Shown here: piece by piece, positions 9,630 through 19,377 of the stretch
Position numbering within the stretch: position 1 is the stretch's first letter
Layout of the letters: the number at the start of each line of letters is the position of its first letter
Sequence record: SRR31147125_17318
DNA: 35,915 bases
Strand: one strand, 5' to 3'
The notes under the pieces: model-generated
The model's database searches: none
Told to the model about the DNA's origin: nothing
What the model saw: only the letters and a program-made list of their open reading frames with translations
Position numbers and translations under genes: made by a program

Positions 9630-9658
9630 ATATTACATGAATTATCACGTAATGTCAA
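9630..9658 (-). promoter_or_regulatory. Sigma-70 promoter of the metK leader
   Basis: TTGACA (9658-9653), 17 nt spacer, TAATAT (9635-9630). Confidence 0.8.
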
Positions 9659-9674
9659 CCTATATTGTCTATAG

Positions 9675-10997
9675 TTAAAAATTATTATACATTTCTGAAA
9701 ATTCATCATTAAATTTAAGAAATCTCTCTTTTAAATTATAATCAAAAAATGTACCTAATTCATTTTGAAATGCTTTTAAAACGATATTGTGTGACATAGG
9801 TCTTTTATATGATTTAACTGAACGCATGGTCATATATAGATCACTGAGTAAAATGATTTGTGATTCAATCTCAGGTTGAATATCTAGCATTTCTTTGATA
9901 AAGTTTTCATTAATTGTTTCTTCTACATAAGCTCTTGCGATATCTTCGCATTTTTGTGCTAATTGAAGACGTCTGGCTATTTGAGAACCTAACTCTGTTT
10001 TATTTTTTAATAAGTCAAAGGTTTGTTCATCATATGTGTTCATATCATCAAGCATATGTTTGATTTCGTTATATTGTAGGTGAATCATTGCATAATGATT
10101 CATGTGATTTGTTTCATGTGTACCAAGTCCATAGTAATTTGCCATGCGTTCACTCATTTGTTGAACAAGATATGCGTGTCTTTTATCAAGTAAAGCATAA
10201 GAACTCGAAAATACTACAGAAAATAGGTCTCCAACGATGTGAGAAAAATCTCTTTGTACTTGTCTTCTCTTCATCAGCTCCTGTTTTCTTTCTTCTTGCA
10301 TATATTGTCCCATTGAGACAATTGCATAAACAACCACATAAAATAATATGAATAATAATGTGCGAAGCAATATATCGCTAAATTCAGGAAGTCTAATAAA
10401 ATATGGTAGAAATTCTACAAAAGATTGACCAGCAACCAGTTCTTGAAAATTATAAGTCCACACAAGATGAATAAATGTTAGTAGTGATAAAAGACCTGTA
10501 AAACTACCTGATAATACTTTCTTTTCTTGATACAGTGAGATAACAACAAGTGCATAATAAACTAAAATATATGCTCCTGTTTCAAAATAAGCACGATTAT
10601 ATAATCTTGCATAAATTAAAATTGCAGAAAAGAATATATATAAAGATGCGACATACATCGCAACCATCTGTTTAGTTTTATCTGCTTGGTCAAGAAATAT
10701 CAGTTTTCTTAACAATTTATTGATAGCAAAAGTAATTGGATAGACAATAATCGTAATCACCCAGTTAGCAAGTTCACCTTGTCCATTAATAGAACTTGTA
10801 ATCGATAAAACAAATAGTATGATTGAATACATAATATTAGTAACAAAAATAATATTTTTAATCACAACATTTTTTCGGAATAAAACAGCGACGTCATCCG
10901 TGATATCAATACCTTGTTCAAAACCAAAAAATTTAGCAAAGAAATCTTTGCCAAATGTTTTTATGCGATGTTGTTTCTTTTTTGGTTTTTCACTCAT
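9675..10997 (-). CDS. Multi-pass membrane protein with a C-terminal degenerate HD-GYP-like domain
   Basis: About 6 TM segments, a charged linker, then HAYLV..MS.RMA.YYGL...AMIHL...ELGSQI...SQIILLSDLYMTMRSVKSYKRP...GTFFD, which follows HD-GYP spacing. Confidence 0.7.
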   Translation of the reverse strand: MSEKPKKKQHRIKTFGKDFFAKFFGFEQGIDITDDVAVLFRKNVVIKNIIFVTNIMYSIILFVLSITSSINGQGELANWVITIIVYPITFAINKLLRKLIFLDQADKTKQMVAMYVASLYIFFSAILIYARLYNRAYFETGAYILVYYALVVISLYQEKKVLSGSFTGLLSLLTFIHLVWTYNFQELVAGQSFVEFLPYFIRLPEFSDILLRTLLFILFYVVVYAIVSMGQYMQEERKQELMKRRQVQRDFSHIVGDLFSVVFSSSYALLDKRHAYLVQQMSERMANYYGLGTHETNHMNHYAMIHLQYNEIKHMLDDMNTYDEQTFDLLKNKTELGSQIARRLQLAQKCEDIARAYVEETINENFIKEMLDIQPEIESQIILLSDLYMTMRSVKSYKRPMSHNIVLKAFQNELGTFFDYNLKERFLKFNDEFSEMYNNF

Positions 10998-11005
10998 GCT
11001 ATCAC

Positions 11006-11569
11006 CTATTCATCCATGTCAAAAATTGATAATCTTTTAACCCCAACATCTTCATGTGCTAAATCTTCATTTAACACTTGAGCAACTCTTGTTGATGCTG
11101 CTGCTGCAATTGCACCAACGATATCATCTAAAAATGTATGGCAAATACCATCATCTTTTCCTGCATCATTTAATTTTTGTACGATACCATGTTTATTCAC
11201 ATCAATATCACCAAAATTTGTTTGTCCAATTGTACCATATAAACCAGATACGTCTAATCCTAGTGTTTCGTCAACACCAAATAGACCAAGATCTTGCTCG
11301 ATAATATCTTGAATAGGTCCCTTAAATGCACCTTCTTCAGCCAAGCGATCAATTTCACATGCAAGTTGCACATGGTGGAATATATCTCTAAGTGACAAAA
11401 TTTTCTCTACAGATTCCAAACACAATTGTAATGAAACCTCATCTGAATACTTAGATTGTTGTTTGTAACTAATCTCTGCAATTGATTTCACATCAACACC
11501 ACGACTTGCTAACATGTCAACATTAAACTTAAACATTTCTTTTCTTGTATAAATAAGTTTTTTACTCAT
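11006..11569 (-). CDS. pgpA: Phosphatidylglycerophosphatase A family protein (YutG-like)
   Basis: DLGLFGVDETL, YGTIGQTNFG.ID..K.G and HTFLDDIVGAIAAAASTRVA. ATG 11569 preferred over GTG 11578. Confidence 0.88.
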   Translation of the reverse strand: MSKKLIYTRKEMFKFNVDMLASRGVDVKSIAEISYKQQSKYSDEVSLQLCLESVEKILSLRDIFHHVQLACEIDRLAEEGAFKGPIQDIIEQDLGLFGVDETLGLDVSGLYGTIGQTNFGDIDVNKHGIVQKLNDAGKDDGICHTFLDDIVGAIAAAASTRVAQVLNEDLAHEDVGVKRLSIFDMDE

Positions 11570-12497
11570 GCGAAACACCTTCCTTTATCACATCACCTTT
11601 TTTAAATAGAGATTGTCCATTTAAAAATGACTTTGCATCCATTTTCTTCTTACCTGGCACTTGAATTTCTAGGATCTCAATTGGAACATCTAATGTTTGG
11701 ATCACAAAGTGTTTTTTGACTGAAATAATTTCACCAGGTACTGCTTGTGTATCTATTATATCACTTTTTATGGCTTTATAAACCTTTATTCGCTGATCCA
11801 AATATAGAAAATGTGCACCAGGTTCCGGGTCTAATCCTCTAAGCTTATTTATCAAGTGCTCTGACTTCATTTGAAAATTAATACATTCATCTTCATATTT
11901 AATCGTTGGGGAAAATGTGACTAAACTTTCATCTTGAGGATATCGGACAATGTGATTATTATCAAGATCAATCAAAACCTCATTGAGCAATTTAGCACCC
12001 AATATAGATAATTTATGTGTTAATGATTCATAATTATCTTGATCAGTAATAGCGATTGCTTCTTGCTTTATCACATCACCACTATCCATTTTATATGCCA
12101 TATACATAATAGATATACCTGTCTCTTGATCACCGTTAAATAGTGCATACTGAATGGGTGCACCCCCTCTATATTTTGGAAGAAGTGACCCGTGGACATT
12201 AAGTGAAGTGATAGGTTCTATTAAGCCTTTTGGTAGCATTTGTCCATATGCAGCAGTAATGAGTAAATCAGGTTTTAAATCTAATATTTTTTGATAATCT
12301 TTTCTTAATTTCACAGGTTGAAATACATCGATTTGATGTGCTAGTGCAACTTCTTTTACCGGTGAAGGCATCAGCTTTTTCTTTCTACCCACTGGTTTAT
12401 CTGGTTGTGTCACGACACACAAGACATCATGTTTTTCAATTAACATTTTTAGTGTTGGTACAGCAAACGCTGGTGTTCCTAAAAATACAATTTTCAT
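11562..12497 (-). CDS. fmt: Methionyl-tRNA formyltransferase
   Basis: IVFLGTPAFA, VVTQPDKPVGR, NVHGSLLPKYRGGAPIQ and MDSGD. ATG 12497 preferred over GTG 12506. Confidence 0.97.
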   Translation of the reverse strand: MKIVFLGTPAFAVPTLKMLIEKHDVLCVVTQPDKPVGRKKKLMPSPVKEVALAHQIDVFQPVKLRKDYQKILDLKPDLLITAAYGQMLPKGLIEPITSLNVHGSLLPKYRGGAPIQYALFNGDQETGISIMYMAYKMDSGDVIKQEAIAITDQDNYESLTHKLSILGAKLLNEVLIDLDNNHIVRYPQDESLVTFSPTIKYEDECINFQMKSEHLINKLRGLDPEPGAHFLYLDQRIKVYKAIKSDIIDTQAVPGEIISVKKHFVIQTLDVPIEILEIQVPGKKKMDAKSFLNGQSLFKKGDVIKEGVSHE

Positions 12498-12506
12498 ACT
12501 ATTCAC

Positions 12507-14824
12507 CTACATTATTTCTAGATTTGGATAAAATTTAAATCTTACCTCATCTGATTTGAATTCATTGATTAACACAAAAATATGTTGGTTAAGTTTTTTA
12601 TATTTGAGTGTCATTATAAATCGATATCGATCATGATTTTTTTTAATATATGCTGGTACTGGTCCTAACACTGTATATGAAGGTAATGCTTTTTCTATCG
12701 CTTTTTTTAATTTAAACGCTTCTTGATATGTTTTTAAATATCTCGTTCCTTCACACAGTATTTGTGACACACTCCCAAAGGGTTCATATGCAGAAATTTT
12801 TCGATCGTAAATTGCTTTTTCATAAAAATCTTCATATGTGTCACGTGTTGCTGCAATCGCATAGTGATCTAATTGATAGCCTTGAATATATACATCACCA
12901 GGGCTAAATCTGCCAGATCGTCCTGCTACTTGTGTCAAAAGATTATAAGCTTGTTCTGAAGCTTGATAACTCGGAATACGGAGTAACATATCTGCCATAA
13001 GTACACCAACAAGTGTCACTTTAGGAAAATCTAGTCCTTTTGCAATCATCTGTGTACCAAGCAATATATCAGCTTTTGCTTCATTAAATGTATGCCATAT
13101 GACTTCATGTGACCCTTTTTGCTTCGTCGCATTCGCATCCATTCTGAGTACGCGTGCGGAAGGAAAAGTCCGTTTAAGCATCGACTCTACAAGTTCAATG
13201 CCAGCACCTACTTCTTTAATTGATGTAGACCCGCATGCATCACAAGTTTTTTAAAAGGTTCTTCATGACCACAATAATGACATTTCAATGTATGATCTTT
13301 ATTATAATAAGTCAAAGCTATACCACAAGTTGGGCATGTGGGAACATGTCCACATGTTCGACACATGACAAATGGTGAAAATCCTTTACGATTAAATAAT
13401 ATCATAATTTGTTCTTTTTTATTTAACCGATCTTCAATCGCTGCTTTTAGTGATTGTGAAAACATTGATGTATTGCCATTTTCTAATTCTTTTCTCATAT
13501 CAATGAGTTTGATTTGTGGTTCTTTTAATCCATGTGGACGATGCTTTAGCTCTAATAACTTATATTGAGATGCCATCGCTTGATGAAATCTAGAGACCTT
13601 GGGTGTTGCACTACCTAAAACAAGTGGTATTTGATGATACTTTGCACGTAACATAGCGATATCGATGGCATCATAGATGACATGATCAGTTTGTGTATAG
13701 GAAGCATCATGTGACTCATCAATGATGATAGCTCCAAGTTCATTAAATGGTAAAAACACTGAAGATCTCGTGCCTAAAACAATGGATGCTTGATGTGTTT
13801 TAGCCTGATGATAAGCATCTAGACGTTCGCCTGCTGATAAACCACTATGATAGATTACAACATCACGAAATCGAGATTTTAATCGTTTTGCCATAGGTGC
13901 AATCAGTGTGATTTCAGGTACCAAAAACAATACTTGTTTTTGTTGGTTCAATATATCTTCTAAAACTTTTAAATATACCTCTGTCTTTCCTGATCCTGTA
14001 ATACCTTTAAGTAAAAATGGCTGATAACAGTCATAGGAAGATTTTATATGATGATATGCATGATCTTGCTCAGGTGTTAATACTACTTGCTTATCCTTAA
14101 GTGTAAAAACATGTTTAACATCTCTAATTACACGCTTTTTCGATGTGATAAACACTTGATGTTTTTCAAGCGTATTTAAGTTAGACACACTAAATCCTGC
14201 GTCAAGTAGTGCTTGCTTATCATAAGATTTTTCTAAATCAAGACTATCAAAAAACATCTGATACTTTTGAACTCTTGCATATTGATGCATCGGGTTATAA
14301 GTATAGGTTTTAACTGCTTTTATACCTACTTTTTGTTCAAAAATTTGTTTAACTTCAATAGCTTGCAGCTTTTGATACTTTCTAATCTTATAATCGTATT
14401 GATGATTAGATTTTGCTAATCTTAATATACCTTTTGTATTAAAACATGATAAAAAATCATCATCAATGACCGTAGAATCGATTAAATGAATTTCTTTTTT
14501 ATATTTTAGTTGTATTTGATTTGGAACAACTGTCTCAAATATTGAGGCATATATATCATGTGTTTGTTGATATATATGATCTATCATCATAAATGTTTCA
14601 CGATCAATGGTAGGTATATCATCTAAAACATCAATAATCTGTTTACTTGCTTGATCGCTATGCGATAAAATATCTGTCACATAGCCAAGTCTAACTTGAC
14701 GATGAAAAGGTATAACAACACGCATACCTTTTTTCAATCGATTAGAAAACGCCTCGCCTACAATATAATCAAAATGACGATTAACTTCACTATTTTTAAT
14801 ATCTACTATGACTCTTGCATACAT
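12507..14824 (-). CDS. priA: Primosomal protein N' (PriA helicase), split by a 1-nt frameshift at 13247-13252
   Basis: GITGSGKTEVY, DESH, Cys-rich region and GTQMIAKGLDFP. Adding one A to the A6 run joins ...CHYCGHEEPFKK-TCDACGSTSIKEVGAGIE... into a 772-aa ORF. Confidence 0.95.
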
Positions 14825-14882
14825 ATTTTCACCCTATACTTATTATACCGATATATTGATTAAATAACCAATATGAAATAAC

Positions 14883-14906
14883 AAAAAAAGTAACCGAAGT
14901 TACTTT
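14883..14906 (-). terminator. Intrinsic terminator after rbfA
   Basis: AAAGTAAC-ttcg-GTTACTTTTTTT on the minus strand. Confidence 0.8.
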
Positions 14907-15241
14907 AATGTTTTTAAAATGTCATCAATATGATTACCATAAGCGAGTGCCTCATCAAATTTAAAAATTAATTGAGGGATTTTTCTTACGTTTCTAATAC
15001 GTTTTGCTAGTTCCATACGAATCGTGGTCTTTACATCTCCAAGTGCTTCTTGAGACTTTTTAACCATGTCTTCATCATCTTTTAAGATGGTATAGTAGAC
15101 TGTTGCATAACTTAAATCTTTTGTAACTTTCACATCTGTTAAGTTAACATATCCAAAACTTTTATCTTTAATTTCTTGATTAACAATCGTCGCTAATTCT
15201 CTTTGTATTAAACTCGCCAATCTGTCTGTTGTTACTGACAT
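14900..15241 (-). CDS. rbfA: Ribosome-binding factor A
   Basis: IQRELATIV, TDVKVTKDLSYATVY and RKIPQLIFKFDE. Follows infB. Confidence 0.97.
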   Translation of the reverse strand: MSVTTDRLASLIQRELATIVNQEIKDKSFGYVNLTDVKVTKDLSYATVYYTILKDDEDMVKKSQEALGDVKTTIRMELAKRIRNVRKIPQLIFKFDEALAYGNHIDDILKTLK

Positions 15242-15244
15242 GTT

Positions 15245-17077
15245 TTATACCTCTATTTCTTTTAATTGTGATGCTTCAATAACATCTCCTACTTTAATAT
15301 CATTAAAGTTTTCAATCGATAAACCACACTCATAGCCTTGTCTGACTTCTTTTGTATCATCTTTAAAACGTTTAAGTGATGCAAGTTTACCTTCATAGGT
15401 CACTACGCCATCTCTTAAGACACGAACTAATGCATCACGTTTAATAAATCCATCAGTGACATAACATCCTGCAATTGTACCGATTCTAGATATTTTAAAG
15501 ATGTCTCTTACTTCAGCTTGTCCTGTAACTTGTTCTTCAAATTCAGGCTCTAACATACCTTTAAGAGCAGCTTCAATATCTTCTTGAATACGATAAATAA
15601 TACTATATAATCTGATTTCAACGCCTTCTGTTTCTGCAACACGTTTCACAGCAGCAGTCGGTCTAACATTAAATCCAATGATAATTGCGCCAGATGCTGA
15701 TGCAAGTGTTACATCAGATTCACTGATTGCACCCACTGAACCTCTTACAACGTTCACATGGAAACCATCAATATCAATTTTTTCTAATAAACCTTTAAGT
15801 GCTTCAATTGAACCATTAACATCAGCTTTAATAATAATATTTAATTCTTTTTCTGATGCTTCCATTTCACCAAATAAACTATCTAAAGTACGTTTTTTCT
15901 TCGCATTTAATTCTCTTTGCTTATCATTAGATTGTCTTTGTGAAGCGATATTTCTTGTTGTTTTTTCATCATCAAACGCTAAGAAAACATCACCCGCTTG
16001 TGGCACTTCGTTTAATCCAGTAACCTCAATGGGTTGAGATGGAAGTGCAACTTTATAACGTTTTTTTAGATCATCTTCCATGGTTCTAATTTTACCATAT
16101 GTGTTACCCACAACGATATAATCACCAACATGAAGCGTACCCGTTTCAACGATAAATGTAGCCACTGAACCTCGTCCTTTATCAAGACTTGCTTCGATGA
16201 CAGTACCTTGAGCAAAACGCTTAGGATTTGCTTTAAATTCATTGATTTCACTAATTAATTGAATCACTTCTAATAATTCATCAATACCTTCGCCTTTAAG
16301 TGCTGATACGTTAACAAACGGTGTTTCACCACCCCATGCTTCTGGTACTAATCCACGTTCAGACAATTCTGTCATGACGCGATCAGGATTTGCGCCAACT
16401 TTATCAATCTTATTAACTGCGACAATAATGGGTACATCAGCTGCTTTTGCATGATCAATGGCTTCAATAGTTTGTGGCATCACACCATCATCAGCTGCGA
16501 CAACTAATATAACAATATCTGTAACTTTTGCACCACGTGCACGCATTTCTGTAAATGCAGCATGGCCTGGTGTATCAATAAATGTAATAGCTTCTCCGTT
16601 TTTTTCAACTTGGTAAGCCCCAATATGTTGGGTAATCCCACCAGCTTCTCCTTCTACAACACGTGATAAACGTATCGTATCGAGTAATGTTGTTTTTCCA
16701 TGATCAACATGCCCCATGACAGTTACAATCGGTGGTCTTTTTACTAAATCTTCTGGTGCATCAACGATTTTCATTTCGTCAAATCTAGTGACATCTGTAA
16801 TCACTTCGTCTTTTACTTCAAATCCTTCGTCTAATGCGATAAGTTCGATTGTATCACGATCAATGATTTGATTGACACTCGCCATCATTCCTAGACCCAT
16901 TAATTTTTTGATGACTGCTGCATTTGACATATGCAATCCTTCAGCAACATCTGAAACCATCATGTCAGGTTTATACGTTAAAATCTTTTCAATTGGTTCT
17001 TTCTTAGATTTTAAGTTTTGTGGCTTGTGTGGTTTATTTCGTGTTTGTCTTTTATTTTTGTTCATTTTTTTAGGCAT
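15245..17077 (-). CDS. infB: Translation initiation factor IF-2 (short N-terminus)
   Basis: [29 protein letters not shown] and SLKRFKDD. Confidence 0.99.
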   Translation of the reverse strand: MPKKMNKNKRQTRNKPHKPQNLKSKKEPIEKILTYKPDMMVSDVAEGLHMSNAAVIKKLMGLGMMASVNQIIDRDTIELIALDEGFEVKDEVITDVTRFDEMKIVDAPEDLVKRPPIVTVMGHVDHGKTTLLDTIRLSRVVEGEAGGITQHIGAYQVEKNGEAITFIDTPGHAAFTEMRARGAKVTDIVILVVAADDGVMPQTIEAIDHAKAADVPIIVAVNKIDKVGANPDRVMTELSERGLVPEAWGGETPFVNVSALKGEGIDELLEVIQLISEINEFKANPKRFAQGTVIEASLDKGRGSVATFIVETGTLHVGDYIVVGNTYGKIRTMEDDLKKRYKVALPSQPIEVTGLNEVPQAGDVFLAFDDEKTTRNIASQRQSNDKQRELNAKKKRTLDSLFGEMEASEKELNIIIKADVNGSIEALKGLLEKIDIDGFHVNVVRGSVGAISESDVTLASASGAIIIGFNVRPTAAVKRVAETEGVEIRLYSIIYRIQEDIEAALKGMLEPEFEEQVTGQAEVRDIFKISRIGTIAGCYVTDGFIKRDALVRVLRDGVVTYEGKLASLKRFKDDTKEVRQGYECGLSIENFNDIKVGDVIEASQLKEIEV

Positions 17078-17095
17078 ATAAAATCACTTCCTTCG

Positions 17096-17377
17096 TTATT
17101 TCGATAATAATTGTGCAAAACCTTTATCAGTAATACCAATTACTTTTATTCCTATTTTACCGATGGCTAGTGATAGTTGCTCTGATGTATACATATCTAT
17201 AACATTGACTTGGTATGTCTTCGCTTTATCATGAATTTTCTTCTTTGTGAGTTCTGATGCATCTTCTGCAACATAAACCAAATGAAGACTTTTTTTCTTT
17301 AATTGTTGTACGACAATGTCAGTACCTACAACAACTTTTCTTGCACGATAAGCAAGTCCTAATGATTTAAGACTCAT
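17096..17377 (-). CDS. ylxQ: L7Ae family RNA-binding protein YlxQ
   Basis: LGLAYRARKVVVG, AEDASE.TKKK, LSLAIGK and GITDKGFA. Lies between ylxR and infB. Confidence 0.92.
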   Translation of the reverse strand: MSLKSLGLAYRARKVVVGTDIVVQQLKKKSLHLVYVAEDASELTKKKIHDKAKTYQVNVIDMYTSEQLSLAIGKIGIKVIGITDKGFAQLLSK

Positions 17378-17635
17378 TGACTAACCCCAATAAAGTTTCA
17401 TAGACTTGTTCAGGAACTTCTACTTCTAGCTTACGATCTAAAATTTTATGTTTTTTAGCTTTTAATATAACAGTTTTATCCAATTTTAAGTATGCACCTC
17501 TTCCGTGCGCTCTACCTGTCAAATCAACAGATACAACACCTTCTTTAGTTGCTGTAACTCTTATTAATTCTTTTTTTGGATAAACTTCTTTTGTAACAAC
17601 ACAAGTTCTCATGGGAACTTTTTTAACTTTTTCAT
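17367..17635 (-). CDS. ylxR: YlxR/RnpM (DUF448) RNA-binding protein, with an apparent 1-nt frameshift just after the start
   Basis: PMRTCVVT...KKELIR...D.TG...GRGAYL. The RBS-preceded ATG at 17635 is out of frame by one base, and adding an A gives MKK(V/L)KKVPMRTC, 89 aa. Confidence 0.9.
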
Positions 17636-17649
17636 GTGAAATCACCTTT

Positions 17650-18720
17650 TTAATAAAGTATACCTTCACCTTGTGCCATCGTTTCTGATTTAATATCAAT
17701 ACTCCAGCCACAAGCTTGGACAGCAAGTTTTACATTTTGTCCTAACTTACCAATTGCCAATGATAACTGATCATCTGGTACAATTGCTAATGCATTTTTT
17801 TCTTTTGGATTAACTTCAGTCACTGCAACCACTTTTGCTGGTTGTAATGCATTTGCGATTAATTCTTTTTCGTTATCGCTCCATCTAAATAAATCTATTT
17901 TTTCATCACTTAAGGCATGAACGATTTCACGAATACGTGATCCACCTTCACCAACACATGCACCAATTGGATCAACTTTTGGATCGTTAGTCTTAACACC
18001 AATTTTAGCACGATCTCCTGGATCACGTGAAATACCCATAATTTCAATCGTTCCATCTTTAATTTCTGGAATAAATGATTCCAGTAAGCGAATAATTAAA
18101 CTTGGATGAGAACGACTTACAAATACCTTTGGCCATTTTGTTTTCATTTCTACATCAGTCACATAAACACGTACATGATCACCTACATGAAAATTATCTT
18201 TTGGCAATGCTTCTTTTTTAGGTAATAATGTCGTTAAATCTTTACCAATGTCTAAACGATAATGACGATCATCAATATCAATCACTCGAGCATTAATCAT
18301 TTCGTGTTCAAATGATTTGAAATGATCGTATAAGTTTTCTTTTTGCATTTTAACAAGTGCTTCATTTAAGCGACTCTTAAAATCTCTAACTGCATAGAAT
18401 GAAAAACTTTTCGGATCAATCTTTTGTTCGATCACATCACCTATTTTAGCTCTTTTGTTTATTTCTTTTGCTTCAGGTAATAATATTTGTGTAAAATTTT
18501 TGTCAGCTTCTAAACTGAAATCTTCAACAACCAATTGTTGTTTATATACAATGATTTCATTTTTATCTGGTTTGAATTCAACGCGACAAGAACGTACATC
18601 GTGTGCTTTTTTACATCCCGCAATAAGCCCTTGTTCAAATGCTTGAAGCACTTGGTCATTCGTTAATTCTTTTTCTTGTGCGACTGCATCAATATTTCTA
18701 TAAAACTCTTTACTTATCAT
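17650..18720 (-). CDS. nusA: Transcription termination/antitermination factor NusA
   Basis: S1 and KH domains: VSRSHP, SRDPGDRAKI, DPIGACVG and QLSLAIGKLGQNVKLA. Confidence 0.98.
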   Translation of the reverse strand: MISKEFYRNIDAVAQEKELTNDQVLQAFEQGLIAGCKKAHDVRSCRVEFKPDKNEIIVYKQQLVVEDFSLEADKNFTQILLPEAKEINKRAKIGDVIEQKIDPKSFSFYAVRDFKSRLNEALVKMQKENLYDHFKSFEHEMINARVIDIDDRHYRLDIGKDLTTLLPKKEALPKDNFHVGDHVRVYVTDVEMKTKWPKVFVSRSHPSLIIRLLESFIPEIKDGTIEIMGISRDPGDRAKIGVKTNDPKVDPIGACVGEGGSRIREIVHALSDEKIDLFRWSDNEKELIANALQPAKVVAVTEVNPKEKNALAIVPDDQLSLAIGKLGQNVKLAVQACGWSIDIKSETMAQGEGILY

Positions 18721-18729
18721 GATATCCTC

Positions 18730-19176
18730 CTAAACTTTAACTGCGGCGCGTAATTTTCTTGCTTCGCTGTATTTAATTTCAAATTTTCTAAATTGACCTT
18801 TCATATTAACTTCGACTAAAAACGTTTCGTTATCTTTGTCTACTTTTAACAACTTGGCAATGGTCTGCATTTTGTTAGTTTCAAAATAAATATATTTATC
18901 AATTTGTTTGATTAATTGATCTATATGATCAAGTGGACGTTCCGCCCCTAGTGATGAAAGTTCTAAATAATAGTCATCATCTAAATCTTGATCTTCTAAT
19001 GATTCAACATATGCCATATGGATTTTTTCTAAATCATTAATATCCATGACATCAACATCAAGTAAGATTTCAACAATCTTCTCGCCGTATTCTCTTTTTA
19101 ATCTAATGCTATATATTTCCAAGTCGTATGGCTTAAGAAATGGCATTAATTTTGTCTTTAAGTTATCTAAATTCAT
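18730..19176 (-). CDS. rimP: Ribosome maturation factor RimP
   Basis: YYLELSSLGAERPL, first gene of the nusA operon. ATG 19176 follows GAGGT (ORF track 19218). Confidence 0.93.
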   Translation of the reverse strand: MNLDNLKTKLMPFLKPYDLEIYSIRLKREYGEKIVEILLDVDVMDINDLEKIHMAYVESLEDQDLDDDYYLELSSLGAERPLDHIDQLIKQIDKYIYFETNKMQTIAKLLKVDKDNETFLVEVNMKGQFRKFEIKYSEARKLRAAVKV

Positions 19177-19185
19177 TTTTACCTC

Positions 19186-19217
19186 ATTAAAATGAGTGGA
19201 AATCTTCATCCCACTCA
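19186..19217 (-). promoter_or_regulatory. rimP leader attenuator hairpin
   Basis: TGAGTGGGA-tgaagat-TTCCACTCA followed by a weak TTTTAAT tract, between the promoter and the RBS. Confidence 0.7.
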
Positions 19218-19230
19218 CGTTTAGGTCTTT

Positions 19231-19259
19231 ATTATACCATCATTTAATCATTATTTCAA
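19231..19259 (-). promoter_or_regulatory. Sigma-70 promoter of the rimP-nusA-infB operon
   Basis: TTGAAA (19259-19254), 17 nt spacer, TATAAT (19236-19231) with extended TG. Confidence 0.8.
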
Positions 19260-19300
19260 TTTTTAAAACACGAATTATCACAATAAATCATCTTAATTAG

Positions 19301-19360
19301 TTGCAAACTGTTTGCAATTAATAACTTATGTGATACAATAATGTTGCAAATAATTCGCAA
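19301..19360 (+). promoter_or_regulatory. Zn-uptake operon promoter with two palindromic putative Zur operators
   Basis: TTGCAAA-ctg-TTTGCAA (19301-19317) and TTGCAAA-taa-TTCGCAA (19344-19360) flank TGaTACAAT (19331-19339). Confidence 0.75.
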
Positions 19361-19377
19361 AAGGAGATATAATATAT

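Noticed and set aside
13240..13260. Programmed -1 ribosomal frameshift in priA
   Set aside because: The in-frame codons TTT AAA AAA CTT do not form a properly phased X XXY YYZ heptamer. The same one-base defect in three unrelated genes points to assembly error.
12507..14824. priA (and TPS/TPP, exonuclease, ylxR) as true pseudogenes
   Set aside because: Each has a single lesion at a homopolymer with the catalytic motifs intact and no further decay.
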